A stretch of 62,578 bases of DNA, filler included, from Globobulimina sp. (lineage: Eukaryota): assembly GCA_003354225.1 (NCBI GenBank). It is 23 parts of 23 records of this genome, joined end to end, with 100 filler letters (N's around TTAATTAATTAA, not from the genome) between each part and the next. Parts side by side here need not be neighbours in the genome. Positions count along the whole stretch, not along the records: positions 49,059 to 51,682 come from PIVH01005664.1; positions 51,783 to 54,406 come from PIVH01005665.1; positions 54,507 to 57,130 come from PIVH01005666.1; positions 57,231 to 59,854 come from PIVH01005667.1; positions 59,955 to 62,578 come from PIVH01005668.1; 18 more parts are not named here. The stretch is one strand, 5' to 3'. The position numbers and the translations under genes were made by a program. This document shows positions 49,059-61,654 of this stretch, one piece after another (the stretch's first letter is position 1; each line of letters opens with the position of its first letter). A model generated the notes under the pieces. The model searched no databases and had not been told where the DNA came from. It worked only from the letters and a program-made list of their open reading frames with translations.

Positions 49059-51025
49059 TTACAAAATAGTGGAAAAAGCACCTATTCCTGAACAGATTGA
49101 CGAATTTAACACTGAATATACAGCGTTTGACCTAAAATCGCCCTGTCTCTATGGAACAACCCTAAAAATATTCGCCATGATGATGGAATTGCCAATAATT
49201 GGCACATTTCTATGTCGCGTCCTTTACCGAATGAATAAATTCCATCTTGTGCGTGACTTTGGTTATAATTTAAAAGTAATGCCGATATACATACCACGCA
49301 GATTATTATCCGACGATGAATACGATCAACATTTAAAAATGTCGCAACAAACTGATTCCAGATCCATTTTAAACGCAGATTTAAAAAATATCGATAACAT
49401 ATTGGGTAAAAATAACAATCCATCCCAACTAATAACAGTCGAAAGTATCATCAACTTATATTTAAATGGCGAGAAAACACCAATGGATATAATACAACAA
49501 TCACTATCCGCAGCAGACAAATTATCCCATTTAAACATTTTCATTCAATTGAACGTAAATGACATTATCAAACAAGCAAAAGAATCCACAGAGAGATGGC
49601 GCAATGGCGAAATGCGAAGCATCTTAGATGGAGTTCCCATTGCTGTCAAAGATGAATATGATGTGATTGGCTACAATACAACGTACGGCACGTCATTCAT
49701 GGCCCAAATTAATGGCATCTCCGCCACCGATCATATTTTAGTGTCCCGCATCCGAAGAATGGGCGCCATTATTTTTGGCAAAACGAATATGCACGAAATT
49801 GGATTATTTCCTTCTGGAATCAATGCTAATTTTGCTACTGCCCGAAATCCATACAGTTCAAACTTAGTACATGACACAGGTTCGACTCATCCTATCTTCT
49901 CTGCATTGTTCTACATAGTTAGCATTGTGACAAAATATTGCTTGACTTACAGGTGGCAGCAGCAGCGGCAGCGGAGCCGCTGTCGCCGCTGGCATTGTGC
50001 CGCTAGCTTTGGGCTCTGACGGTGGTGGAAGTATTCGCATTCCCTCCGCTTTGAATGGAATCGTTGGTTTGTCCGCGACTTACGGCCGAATACCGTTCCT
50101 GCCCTGTTCCAGTGCATGGAGTGTGTTACACGACGGCTTCCTGGCAAATACTGTGCGGGATCAAGCAATTGGATATATGGCAGTGGCTGGCTACGAAAAG
50201 CATAATGTTTTGGATGGGGAGGGCGACACTGTCAGCAATCCGTATGTGTCTGCAACAAATCCACCGGTACATTTGGCGGATTTTGGTAAAATTGATTCGT
50301 TGAAGGACTTGAATATCGGGGTCTATTGGGAGTGGTTAATGGATTCACAAAAGGAAGTGCATGAGGAATGTATTGAGGTTCTCACTGTTTTGAAGGATGA
50401 GTATGGCGCAAATATCGTTAATGTCAGCATTCCGCATTTGGATATAATATCGAAGGCCCATTCAATTGTGATATTATCGGAATGGGTGGAGGGGGATTAC
50501 AAGTACATGAATAGGGAGAGTGTGAAAGGCAAAATTCATTCATATCAGGATGCGACTGAGGTGACACTGCTTGTGGCCAAACAATTTGATGTTGTCGACT
50601 TATTGTCAGCATTGAAAATTAGAAATTGGTTGTTAGAATATTTTGAAAATGAAATATTTAATAAAAATGGCAACGAATATGTTGATATTTTTATAACTCC
50701 CATGACAGCAATCGTTGCGCCTCAATATGTGATGCAATCGTTAGATTCTTCCATATCGGACTTGGAGACTGTTGCGAAAACAGTTAAATATGCATTTTTA
50801 GGCAATTTCATTGGTATTCCTGGCATGTCGGTTCCAATCGGTTATTCGCAATATGATGGAAATGGGGAAAGACAGGAGAATAATGATGTATTTCCCATTG
50901 GTATGCAGTTATATGCTAATCATTGGAATGAACATAAATTGTTTCGCGTTGCAAATCTTATTCAACAAAATATGATGGAAAGAAAGTTACCGCCAAAGAA
51001 AAATATGTTCCAATATGATCTGTAG
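49059..51025 (+). CDS. Amidase-signature (FAAH-like) hydrolase, intron 49880-49952
   Basis: LDGVPIAVKD, GKTNMHEIG, DTGGSSSGS, ALGSDGGGSIRIPS. Confidence 0.92.
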
Positions 51026-51134
51026 CTATGTCAGACAGTATGACTTCTGCTGAAATTACCTCCTAGTAATCCGTGTAAACCTGCATGCGCACTTTAATTA
51101 ATAGTATCAAGTTTTAAACGAAGAGGATGTCATA

Positions 51135-51542
51135 ATGTCATTGTTAATTAGTGATGATCTTTCTGACGGTACTCCAGATTCAGAAATTGAAGTAGAGAAC
51201 GACGAAAGCAATAATATGCCACAACAAACGCTAATGGGGCAAAATTTAGATGCATTCATAAATATAGAAGAAAAATATATTGATAATTCACTCAATTGCA
51301 ATTCAGTCAACTTACATAACAAAGAAACGCTTATGGATTATGAAGCAAACAATGTTGATAATGATAATTCCCTCACAGATAACCAAGGGATAACACTGAT
51401 GAGTTTCGCTGGAAATCAAAATGTTAATTTTAATCAATCTCAGGCTTCGCAGCAAAATATGAATATAGACTTGGACTCATTCTTTGATTCGTTGCAATTG
51501 CAGGTGACTGATGAACCAATAATTATAATTCGCCCATCGTAG
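51135..51542 (+). CDS. Acidic low-complexity hypothetical protein
   Basis: 135-aa ATG ORF, no domain recognised. Confidence 0.35.
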   Translation: MSLLISDDLSDGTPDSEIEVENDESNNMPQQTLMGQNLDAFINIEEKYIDNSLNCNSVNLHNKETLMDYEANNVDNDNSLTDNQGITLMSFAGNQNVNFNQSQASQQNMNIDLDSFFDSLQLQVTDEPIIIIRPS

Positions 51543-51782
51543 CATACTAACCAATTCTGATCATCTTATTTCCCTACACCTTATGTTTATCTATAATCAA
51601 GAAATTTGAAGCAATCTCAAAAAAAATTTTTAGATCACTAAACTGCTATATATGTGCTGTGATTTGTAAAAAAAAAATTGAANNNNNNNNNNNNNNNNNN
51701 NNNNNNNNNNNNNNNNNNNNNNNNNNTTAATTAATTAANNNNNNNNNNNNNNNNNNNNNNNNNNNNNNNNNNNNNNNNNNNN

Positions 51783-52628
51783 TTACAAGAAAAATTAAAT
51801 TATTATCAATCAAATGTATATACAAAGCACTTTCTTTCTAATTTACAAAAATATCATTCCCCATTCAACAAACCACTCAAATTATTCTTTTATGGAAACT
51901 CGAGGATGCGGCAAATCGTCGAATCATTGCTGTGTTTAATACATTCAACCAACAAAAAAGTAATACAATTCTACGAGCCAATCATTGCAAAATGCAGAGA
52001 AAATGAACCTGTTTACTTTGATGAGCAAAATGCATTTTGTCCCGGATATGATTTGGAAGGCACAAAATGGGCAAACCGAAGAACACATGGTTTGAATGAA
52101 GAGGATGCGGTCATTGACTCATTTTGGGAAACAAATTTGAGGCCAAATAATATTTGTAAATGTCACGATGGCATTTTAAAGGTAAAACTTATGGATGGCA
52201 CGCAAATATTTTATTATTTTGCTAACAAAGAATTAAACAAAAGCATGAAAAGAGCCATATCAAAATTGAAGTTGAAAGCAGCAACAAAAGAAACAGAGTT
52301 CGATTTTATTATATTTAATGCTGGCAATCCTCCGCAGTATGAAATAAGTAAACAGTTAGATGTTGATTTGCAATTTTTAGATCACGTAAATAAACCAATT
52401 ATTTATGTTGAAGATGAAAAAGACATCACACCAAATATGACACACTTATTAAAGCAGTTTAAATTTTTAATTGCCTTCTCAGAAACACAGAGAATGAAAA
52501 AAAATATTAATATCAGTCACATGATTATTGGAGATCATTATTGTATGCCAGGACCAGTGTCGCATCACATTCTGGATATCATACACTTAATCAACGTAAT
52601 TTCCACTATTACAATATGCGAGAATTAA
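51783..52628 (+). CDS. SGNH/PC-esterase (TBL-like) family protein, 5' partial
   Basis: In-frame LFFYGNSRMRQ upstream of the listed ATG, IIFNAG, C-terminal DHYCMPGP. Confidence 0.6.
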   Translation, partial: LQEKLNYYQSNVYTKHFLSNLQKYHSPFNKPLKLFFYGNSRMRQIVESLLCLIHSTNKKVIQFYEPIIAKCRENEPVYFDEQNAFCPGYDLEGTKWANRRTHGLNEEDAVIDSFWETNLRPNNICKCHDGILKVKLMDGTQIFYYFANKELNKSMKRAISKLKLKAATKETEFDFIIFNAGNPPQYEISKQLDVDLQFLDHVNKPIIYVEDEKDITPNMTHLLKQFKFLIAFSETQRMKKNINISHMIIGDHYCMPGPVSHHILDIIHLINVISTITICEN

Positions 52629-52721
52629 TTCGAATCAATCATATTAATTTTATAACTTTTATTTTTCTATTTTCTTAACTATATTCGAGTTCAGCTAGAA
52701 AACCCAAGTCCAGTCCAGATC

Positions 52722-54406
52722 ATGTCCACGTCCTTAGTGTTGCTGACTTTCTTCGTTCCATTATGGGGCCAAGACGCCGTTCCATCCACAGAACAAAATT
52801 GTTTTGCCTATTTTGCAGATTTCCATTCAACATTTGATGTCTGCGACCTCCAGGCTTTCAGAGGCACCGCGTTGACACATTACCAGGTGGACGATAATAA
52901 GAATTCGAATACCGGCGACAACTACGACTATTGGTTCAATATAGGCGGTGCCTTAGCCATCGAAGCATCGATATTCCCGCCAGTCTGCCTCAACACAGCC
53001 AAAAGGCACTCATATTGCAACCAGACAAACATAGATAACATCACTGGCCACGGTCAGTGCAAAGAGGGCAGTCTTCGAACCATAACAGACTTTGCCTGGG
53101 CGTATCAAGTCAAATATGGCTCGAATGCGGATGGCTCAATGTCGGCGAACCAGAGCGATTGTTTTTATTTAAGTAATTCGAATGGTGGGCCGCCACAATG
53201 GCGCTTAATAAATGACTTCAATCCGGTACAAGGCGTCAAATTAACTTATCTCGACGGTGAGTTTGACAGTGTTTGCGGCAAAAACAGGCAATTTTCCATC
53301 CAATTTGAATGTGAAAATACCGGCGCACGCTTTATACCGTCGGCGCAGTCCAACATCGACGAATATTCGCCGTGTGCGTATACGTGGCATGTCCAGTCAT
53401 TGTATGGCTGTCCGACGGAATGCCCGCAGACAAACTATCAGTTATGCTCTGCGAAGGGACTGTGTTCCTATGATGACACACATAATGCGTCGCGGTGTTA
53501 TTGTTACGGCAAATACGAAGGGCCTGAATGTCGAATATGGAACGAAGAGTCGACGATTTATGAGAGCAGCAAAGCGAAGCCCGCGGCATCGCAGTTTGTG
53601 CATACTTTCACCGAAACGTTTTCCAATTATTCATTGGAGGCAAAAGCGAACAAAACAGTGGATGTGACGTATGATTTAAGCCAATGGCGACTGAATGAAG
53701 GCGATGTTTATCGGATATCAGGTCTGTTTCTGTTGGATCGATATGCGTAATAATTAACATTGTACTGTGTGGCTGCCATGTTTTGTTGCTATATTTAGAT
53801 GAGTTTAATAATGAGGACAGGAATTTTAGCTATTTTCTGGGAATCATGCAACAAATATCGGTGCCGGAGGCGTGTAATAATAGTAAGAATATTAGCGCTG
53901 AGAAAGCGTATGCTTTTCAGATGAATGAGTTTAGCAAAGAGTGCTATGTCTTGGGTACTACTGCGAGCTGGCACTTATTGGACAACATCGATGATTCCGC
54001 ACATGGAGTCACTCTCCGTTATGCCGATGGCGGTGCCGATGATGGATGCGGCGGTATTTTGCTATATTTTGCTCAAACAATGCATAATTAAATTAAAAAG
54101 CAGCTTATATTGCGAATTAAAATAATTATTCATTGTTTTTGCTTGCAGGGAACAGAGAATTTTCAGTGTCGTTGGTTTGTCCTGATGATGAACAGTTATT
54201 TGATGCAGAAATAGCAAAAACTATAACAACCTTTGTGGAGGAAGTTGAAGTTTGCAAATATAGCATTGAAATTGCGTCAGCCTTTGCGTGTCCTTATCAA
54301 TGTTTGACGGATGTAACGGATGAAAATAAGTTTTCTGTGTGTTCTGGGCATGGAATGTGTGTCGCGGACCCTTATGCGGGATATGTGCGGTGTTTATGTG
54401 ACGATG
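52722..54406 (+). CDS. Secreted/membrane protein with MRH (mannose-6-phosphate receptor homology) and EGF-like domains, multi-intron, 3' partial
   Basis: Signal peptide; GVKLTY.DG...C...R.F.I.F.C, E.SPC.Y.....S.YGCP repeated; CS.KG.C...C.C EGF-like. Confidence 0.75.
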
Positions 54407-54968
54407 NNNNNNNNNNNNNNNNNNNNNNNNNNNNNNNNNNNNNNNNNNNNTTAATTAATTAANNNNNNNNNNNNNNNNNNNNNNNNNNNNNNNNNNNNNN
54501 NNNNNNTTTTTTTTTTTTTTTTTTTTTTTTTTTATATTGTTTTATGTTTTTTTTTTTTTTCTTTTTTTTTGTGATATTTCAAATGTACAAAAAAAAAAAT
54601 AAACGAATTTAATATTGAATAAATAAGTTAATATTAAGTGGATTATTTGAATATGATTGACTGTGAATGTGTATTAATTACAATTGAATTATAAAAATTT
54701 GTATTTTTTTTAATTAAATTCAATATTTCTGTATCATGCATGTAAAAATAAGAATTATTATAATTTGATATAAATGAACATGGACGAATGGACGAGTACG
54801 TACCAACAAACAGTTGAACGGTAACTAACTAATTGCTTTGTAGCAAACAATCTAAAAAAAGAAGGGATTTAGTTTCAACAAAGAAAGCTTCGATTGTTGA
54901 AAAACTACAAATACGAACACAATGCTTTCCTCATCAGCTATATATATTTGCTGTTTTAAATAATCTTA

Positions 54969-56399
54969 TTGGCTTTTTGCAAGCACACAATGTTCGGATT
55001 TGGGAAGAAAAGAAAGAAGAAATTAAATGCTTCCATATATTTAACGTATGACGAATTTAAAAAACTGGCAAAACAACGCAATATTGACAAAAAAGAACAA
55101 TTTTTAATAAATTATTACAAACAATTATCAAATAAGAGAGGAATAAATGAAAAGGAAGCATCACATGCATTAAATTGCATAATTACCAATGATGCGGATT
55201 CTGTCGCCGATGATATAAATATACGGAATAATGGCAATACGAATGATAATGATGATATGTATAACAATGAAAATAAAATTATTGATATGACAAATACAAA
55301 AACATTAAATAAATTTATTGAATACATATCTGATAAAAATCAAACTAAATTTGTGTTTCTGAGGCTATTAACAAAGAACAGTTCAAACAATAAACACTTA
55401 GATATCAATAGTATCGGCCTATTTATTTACGAATTAGTTATCGATTTTTTAAAAAGCAAATGTTTATGTAAACCGCATCAAATACCATCATATAACTATT
55501 TGTTATCATTCATAACCTCAATAAAAACACAATTATCATATTTTAATGATAATCGACATATATTTTCATTGGGATTTATAACGCAATATTTGCCATTAAT
55601 TGTGGCAAAATTCAATCAAAACAAAGATGAAATAAAGCATGAAAATAGTTTGTTGGATATGGAGCTATTAACAGAAAGAATGTGTAATATAAATGAAACC
55701 ATAAAGGAGTATCAAAATGATATTAGTGATATTATCGATGACTTAAAATTTAGAACAAATAAATTGAAATCAAATACGTATCCGGAACAAATTGACGAAT
55801 TAAACAATATTTTAAATGAGTTACGCAAACAAATTGAAATTTTAGCTGAAGATTTAACAAAAGTGGAAAATGAACAGTTATCCGCAGAGCGATCGGCTGA
55901 AGAATTAAGAGATAAAACATTAAATAAACTAAATATTCGATCTGTTGACGACAGACAGGATTCATTCAATAATTTCAATATAAATCAACATATTCAAAAT
56001 GTAATGGATGAGAATATGAATAATATATTGGGAGCTTCCAATGGTTCAAATAATGAGCGTAGGGGATCCCAATCCCAATCTCAATCAAAGTCGGTATCGC
56101 ATACAATAGATAGCCATATGGCATCGACATCGATACGGAAACCATTTTTTGTGCGGCCATTAGGGTTTGATGTCGATCTCGATGTGGATAAGAATGAATT
56201 ATTTGTGTCGAATGTGACATTAAACAGTCAAGCTTATAAATTAAAAGTGTGTCGTGGTTGGAGAATAGCAATGGTTGGGAGAGAAGACCGAGTGTCTGTA
56301 ATGTATCAGATATTATCTGATGCGAATCAACAAACAAACGATGATGATAATGCCTTGCCTTTGTTTATAACATTTCAAGTCAGTTCATTAAAATTGTAA
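54969..56399 (+). CDS. Coiled-coil protein with C-terminal PDZ-like domain
   Basis: Heptad region then RPLGF.V...LFVSNV..NSQA....V..GWRI..VG. Confidence 0.55.
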   Translation: MAFCKHTMFGFGKKRKKKLNASIYLTYDEFKKLAKQRNIDKKEQFLINYYKQLSNKRGINEKEASHALNCIITNDADSVADDINIRNNGNTNDNDDMYNNENKIIDMTNTKTLNKFIEYISDKNQTKFVFLRLLTKNSSNNKHLDINSIGLFIYELVIDFLKSKCLCKPHQIPSYNYLLSFITSIKTQLSYFNDNRHIFSLGFITQYLPLIVAKFNQNKDEIKHENSLLDMELLTERMCNINETIKEYQNDISDIIDDLKFRTNKLKSNTYPEQIDELNNILNELRKQIEILAEDLTKVENEQLSAERSAEELRDKTLNKLNIRSVDDRQDSFNNFNINQHIQNVMDENMNNILGASNGSNNERRGSQSQSQSKSVSHTIDSHMASTSIRKPFFVRPLGFDVDLDVDKNELFVSNVTLNSQAYKLKVCRGWRIAMVGREDRVSVMYQILSDANQQTNDDDNALPLFITFQVSSLKL

Positions 56400-56679
56400 A
56401 ATGTTATTTATTCTTTCTCTTTCTATTAGCTATGAACCTGGAATCGGACATATCTCTCACTGCAAAATGAAACAAACTTAAAACAATATTGATCGACTCA
56501 TTGACTGAAATTAAAAATAATAACTTTGTTTTTTGTGTTTTTTAAAACCTATTGACTTGAGTGCAAGGATAAAAATAAGAACGTAAATATAGTAATAATA
56601 ATTCGAAATTGACCAAATATGTGTTTGAAACTTTCCAATGATATTTCCATTTGTATATGGATATAACGCTGGAGATTGA

Positions 56680-56934
56680 TTATTGTATGGTATTTAACCT
56701 TTGCTTCCATGCTCTTCTTTTATTTGGATTTTTGATCAATTTGATTAATTTTTGTATTTTTTTCTGTTTCATATATCTTCTAAATAATTTCCCATGATCT
56801 CTTTGTAATGCTTCCCATGTTTGTTGTTTTAATTCTAACTGTCTTCTCTTCCTTTCCCTATATCTTCTCGCTGCTTCATTATTTTTCAATCGTCTGTTTA
56901 TAAATTTAAATATTTGTTTGTTTCTATATTTCAC
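56680..56934 (-). CDS. bZIP transcription factor (3' exon)
   Basis: RRLKNNEAARRYRERKR basic region followed by zipper-like segment. Confidence 0.75.
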   Translation of the reverse strand: MKYRNKQIFKFINRRLKNNEAARRYRERKRRQLELKQQTWEALQRDHGKLFRRYMKQKKIQKLIKLIKNPNKRRAWKQRLNTIQ

Positions 56935-57231
56935 AAAGAAACAGAACTTTGCAGCTTTGGCTGGGTCAGTCTCTCTGTCATATCATATTCAATTTGTAGA
57001 GAAACGTTAACACATCAGATATCCGCATACTTTGTGGTACATTTGGAAACACGTTTCGGCATTGTTGATTGTGATTGTTATTTGTTACACGTTGCTGAAG
57101 TTGATACAAAACAGCTAGCTTAAAGTAAAANNNNNNNNNNNNNNNNNNNNNNNNNNNNNNNNNNNNNNNNNNNNTTAATTAATTAANNNNNNNNNNNNNN
57201 NNNNNNNNNNNNNNNNNNNNNNNNNNNNNNG

Positions 57232-57308
57232 CCTTTGTCAGTCACCAGAAACGGTTTGCATCTACCTTACCCCAATAAAAATCTGACGCTGAAAACCGGA
57301 TGCTCTTT
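57232..57308 (+). repeat. 77-bp dispersed element, copy 2
   Basis: 68/77 identical to 1463-1539. Confidence 0.9.
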
Positions 57309-59665
57309 AGCTGGTTTTCATCTCTAATCATGTCGTCTTTGTCTGTCACCGAACACGGAAACCCAGCAACAGACAGAAAAATGCAACAAGCACCAACCAA
57401 CAAACATAAAATTGTACAAAATATCCCAACACAAAATGTTGAAGTTGAAGACGTTAATAAGAATAAAGAAGAAATGCAAACTAACGATGCACTAAAAACC
57501 AATCATAGTAAGTATTTAACGCATTTTTCATCCAAAGTGAAATTAATATTTCCTCGCCGCGAAAATGGCAAAACGTTCGAAGGAATGAATAAAATCATTG
57601 CCAAATATTATCAATATATGCAAAATAACACATATTATAAACAAGATCGCAGAGGCAAATTTTTAGCATTTTGCCAGGATAACAATTTAAAAGAAAACAA
57701 TTTCTGGTTCCAGTTATTTGAAGAACCAATCGGAAAATGTATTTATTTGCAATTTGATAAACAGTTTCCATTATTTTATAGAAAAAAGACGAAAGCAACG
57801 CGCCGATATCCGTCAGATATTGAAGGGATTGATAAAGCTTTTGCGGATTATTACATTTCATTGGATTGCGGTGAACAATATTTTGATGAGAATGGCGATG
57901 GTTTATTTAAGGTTTACTGTGAAGAAAATGACTTAGATTTAGAGACTTTAGTGGATGAGCTGGAGACTGATGACGTGGCTGAATGCTGTTTGATTGAAAT
58001 GGATAATGAGTTCCCATTGGAACAGCTACATAACAACGCAGATGATGTTGGCAGTGAGCAAAGAATGTTTGAGGTTGCAAAATATATTTTTCTTTGGGGC
58101 TGTTCTCCAACAGATTACTCTCTCAATTTAGCACATAATCAACATAAATTGCGAGACTTTCTACAGTATTGTTATGAGAATGGACAGCCGTTAAAGCCAT
58201 TGATGACAATTTTGGATTATGATTTGGATATTGATAATGCAGAAACTTTACAGATTGCAAAGGATATCATTGAGAAACAGACAGATTCTGTGTTTTATGA
58301 CACCATTAAAAGGGATGCCAAGTATATGAGAATACTTTCAATTGGATATAATCATAGAAACTATAATTTTTTATTGTATTTAATGGATTCGTATCAAAGA
58401 GAAAGGTTACATAAAGGACTTGATATTGAATCGTGGATTGATCATAATTGGATATTAAACAATAAATTAAAAGATACAAATGTTACACCTGTTTACTTAC
58501 GCGATGCCCTCAGGTTTGTATATAATCAGTACCTGTTTGACAGTTTGAGTAGAATTTTATTTATGTAATTTACAGCGGATCTGATCACATTCGTCATTTT
58601 TGCAGGACATTAATGTTACGTAATATGACAATTAACGGGAAGATATATGACGATATAGAGACAATATCTCGATATATTATATCATTTACAGAATTTATTA
58701 AATTGTATTTATTACAATATAAACATATAATTGTTCCATTCCAAATTGATGCAATGATAGCGGTCAATAAATGTAAACGATCAGATATCAATACGTCTGA
58801 CGAGGATGAATCAGAAGAGGTTGAACAGAAACAATTTGATGTTATTGATCAATTTGATGTTATTGATCAATTTGATGTTATTGATGAATTAACAAATGCG
58901 AAATGTTTGTATGTCAACAGAGAAATAAAAGACATTGAAAATATCAATAACATATTAGCTGAAAGTTTTGATGAATTTAAAGAAAACTTATTTAAAACCT
59001 ATAATTGTGATGAAATGTATCCGTCGCATCGGAGATTTTGCATATTTATCGATCGGAGAAGTATTCGCGACGGAAATAATGATGAATTAATTATATTTTC
59101 ACCACCAAATAATTGTAATATAATAGAAAAGGATCACATTCCACAAGCAATGCATGCAATGTCTGGCGAATGTTTAATACCACGTGGACAGAAAGAGGAT
59201 AATGTCTGGCGAATGTTGCTACAAAAAGGATATAATCCCAACATTACAGTGCATAGTCCTGGACAGCTAATGACATTTAGCTTTCATGTCGAACAAATGA
59301 ATGAGGTTCGATGTTATATGTATTGGCGAGGAAATTCGATGAGATTTTCCCCGCAGGATATTATACAAGTATTACCGTTTCTCTTTGATAGCAATTATTC
59401 GACAAAAAATAAAGATTTTAAGGAAAGTGAGTTGGCAAAAAGAATGACAATTGGTGTATTATTAAAAGATGTTTATTTTGAACATTTTTATAATCATTTA
59501 ACAATGAAAAAAAATAATATATTTCCAACACATAAATATGATCAATGGCCATGGCCAAAGAATACACAAAATTTAGTATTTGGATATTTAAGATTATGTA
59601 AAGAATATAGTAAATTTGTTGAGGATATTAATAATATTATTTGGCGATATTTCTGTTATTATTAA
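57300..59665 (+). CDS. Large uncharacterised protein with internal repeats and C-terminal LVFGYLR motif; intron ~58564-58605
   Basis: Two long co-oriented ORFs linked by a short GT-AG intron; duplicated Y....G.F..(F/Y)C..N.L unit. Confidence 0.7.
58832..58886 (+). repeat. 18-bp tandem repeat x3 (QFDVID)
   Basis: CAATTTGATGTTATTGAT three times in frame. Confidence 0.9.
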
Positions 59666-59699
59666 ACAGATCTAAATTTATAATAATGTCTTTTTTAAC

Positions 59700-59854
59700 C
59701 TCAGGACCACTCCAATCAAAAGAACGAATAGGGAAAGCAACTGAATCTACAAAATCAGGCATGCCTCCAACCTCAATCCATGCCACACCTGCTAACAAAT
59801 CTATTGGTATTTTTTTTGCCTTCGCAGCAAGCTTAATTTTCAATTTATTGTGTA
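59700..59854 (-). CDS. Fragment of bacterial-type hypothetical protein
   Basis: AAK..KIPIDLLAGVAWIEVGGMPDFVDSVAFPIRSFDWSGP resembles proteobacterial lysozyme-like hypothetical proteins (from memory). Confidence 0.5.
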
Positions 59855-60570
59855 NNNNNNNNNNNNNNNNNNNNNNNNNNNNNNNNNNNNNNNNNNNNTT
59901 AATTAATTAANNNNNNNNNNNNNNNNNNNNNNNNNNNNNNNNNNNNNNNNNNNNCACCATATCCAAAACATTCCACTGTTTCTCGCAATAATTTGGATAA
60001 ATGAAAATAATTTCGATTTCGTTTCTTTATTTCTTGTAATGATTCACCAAAATAAATTGGTCTGACAATTTCATTTTGTTTATAATTTATTTCATGATCA
60101 CTTGGCGTTGTATCATGAATTGGCTTTGAGTCAACGGTACGGGTTTTATTTTGTGGATTATATGTTGCATCAGTGGCTTTTGAGGGACCACAACCGATAT
60201 CACAACCCATTATGTTTTCAAAACTCTTTATTTGAAAAAGTTTAGTTTCTAAGTGCATTTTGAAACATGTCTGAAGTAGATCAATCCAAATCAATAGAGT
60301 TTTCCTATTTGACCTTGATTTTGCTCATGATCAACTTTTTTTAATCATTTGCGAATTGTTAGAGAAAAAGCTTAAGTAAATGTTCGTCTCATCTTATCGT
60401 ATCGATTAGAAACTGTAAATAAAGATAGTACCTTTCTTCAAAATAAATCTTTTTGTCCATCCACAAAATCAAACAATTTAAATGTTAGATATCAAAAACA
60501 CTGCTGTTTGCGATCCAACACCTTTGAATTGTCGGATTTTGTCGATGGACAGAAAGATTTATTTAAGAAA

Positions 60571-61605
60571 TCAAAGATGTTGTTTCTTTTTATTATCATT
60601 CAGTTTTATTGTCATGTACTGATCGATGGCATCCCTTAATTGAACAGTTCCATTTAACAAATCAAACGACTTATAACCGGTATCAATTAACCTCTGTTTT
60701 AAATCATATTTTGTCCATTCCAATGGCAAAAACCAGCCAATAATGGATGAACCCATAATAATTTCAATATTTTTATAAATTGAATTGGTTTCAAAATAAT
60801 TGTCCGTATGTTTAAATGTTTGGAATTTCCTTTCGATAAAAACCTGATTAATAAACAATTGATGTATTTGCGGTATTAATAATCTATAAATCAACCAACA
60901 ATAAATCGCCAAAGCAAAAAAAAATGACATTACTATCACCGTTTTATGCGTCTCAATGTCATCCATAACACCATAGGTATAATACAAATACAATGATAAT
61001 ATGACAAATAAATAAATGACAAATTGGAAAAAAAATCTATGATTATAGGCGCCGACACAATTTTGTATGAATTCGCAATGATGGCACATATGAACAATGC
61101 ATGCATCACATTTGCTGCAATGGCCAGTTCTAAACGGTCGATATTTATTGCACCATCGGCATAAAACAGACGCTTTTAATCGGTCATTCGTGTTTAAATG
61201 CACTGCGTCATTAAGTCTGCAATATATTGGATATGGTGGTATTTCATTTAATTTTCCATTCCATAACAACCATTGTTTGGGTATGCGGCCTGGACTGCTC
61301 AATGACGCTTTGAAATAAGATATCAACGTTAATGTTATTAGAATTAAAATTATTATTTGAAATAGCATTATGTTATCTACTTCCAAACGGGGGATAATAT
61401 AAATGAATGATTGCAACGCATATAACAAGATTACAAATGGTGCAATAAACTTTCTTAATAATATGAATCGTGCGTAACACAATAATCGATAAATATGATC
61501 TGATTCATCATCATTGAATTGATCTAGTAAGTCATCATCAGAAACTTCAATTATATTACTATTATTTACAACAAATGGTTCAATTTCGTCTTGTGTAGTA
61601 GCCAT
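60571..61605 (-). CDS. DHHC-family palmitoyltransferase with variant CHHC motif
   Basis: SPGRIP, CRWCNKYRPFRTGHCSKCDACIVHMCHHCEFIQNCVGAYNHRFF, four TM segments. Confidence 0.9.
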   Translation of the reverse strand: MATTQDEIEPFVVNNSNIIEVSDDDLLDQFNDDESDHIYRLLCYARFILLRKFIAPFVILLYALQSFIYIIPRLEVDNIMLFQIIILILITLTLISYFKASLSSPGRIPKQWLLWNGKLNEIPPYPIYCRLNDAVHLNTNDRLKASVLCRWCNKYRPFRTGHCSKCDACIVHMCHHCEFIQNCVGAYNHRFFFQFVIYLFVILSLYLYYTYGVMDDIETHKTVIVMSFFFALAIYCWLIYRLLIPQIHQLFINQVFIERKFQTFKHTDNYFETNSIYKNIEIIMGSSIIGWFLPLEWTKYDLKQRLIDTGYKSFDLLNGTVQLRDAIDQYMTIKLNDNKKKQHL

Positions 61606-61654
61606 TTTCTAAAAAGTTTTTGTTAGTAAAAAAAAACAATCATCAAGTTGAAAC

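Noticed and set aside
57232-57312. tRNA-like AGAGCATCCGGTTTTCA on the minus strand of the shared element
   Set aside because: No T-arm GTTC motif or acceptor stem; no cloverleaf can be built.
2628-59954. Regularly spaced TTAATTAATTAA flanked by Ns, resembling an array
   Set aside because: Artificial six-frame-stop linker joining length-sorted contigs; not CRISPR or a biological repeat. ORFs ending in XXX-LIN are artefacts.
59955-60210. LLRETVECFG segment as the lead-in to an ADP-ribosyltransferase-like domain
   Set aside because: The contig ends before any catalytic motif, so the call cannot be supported.
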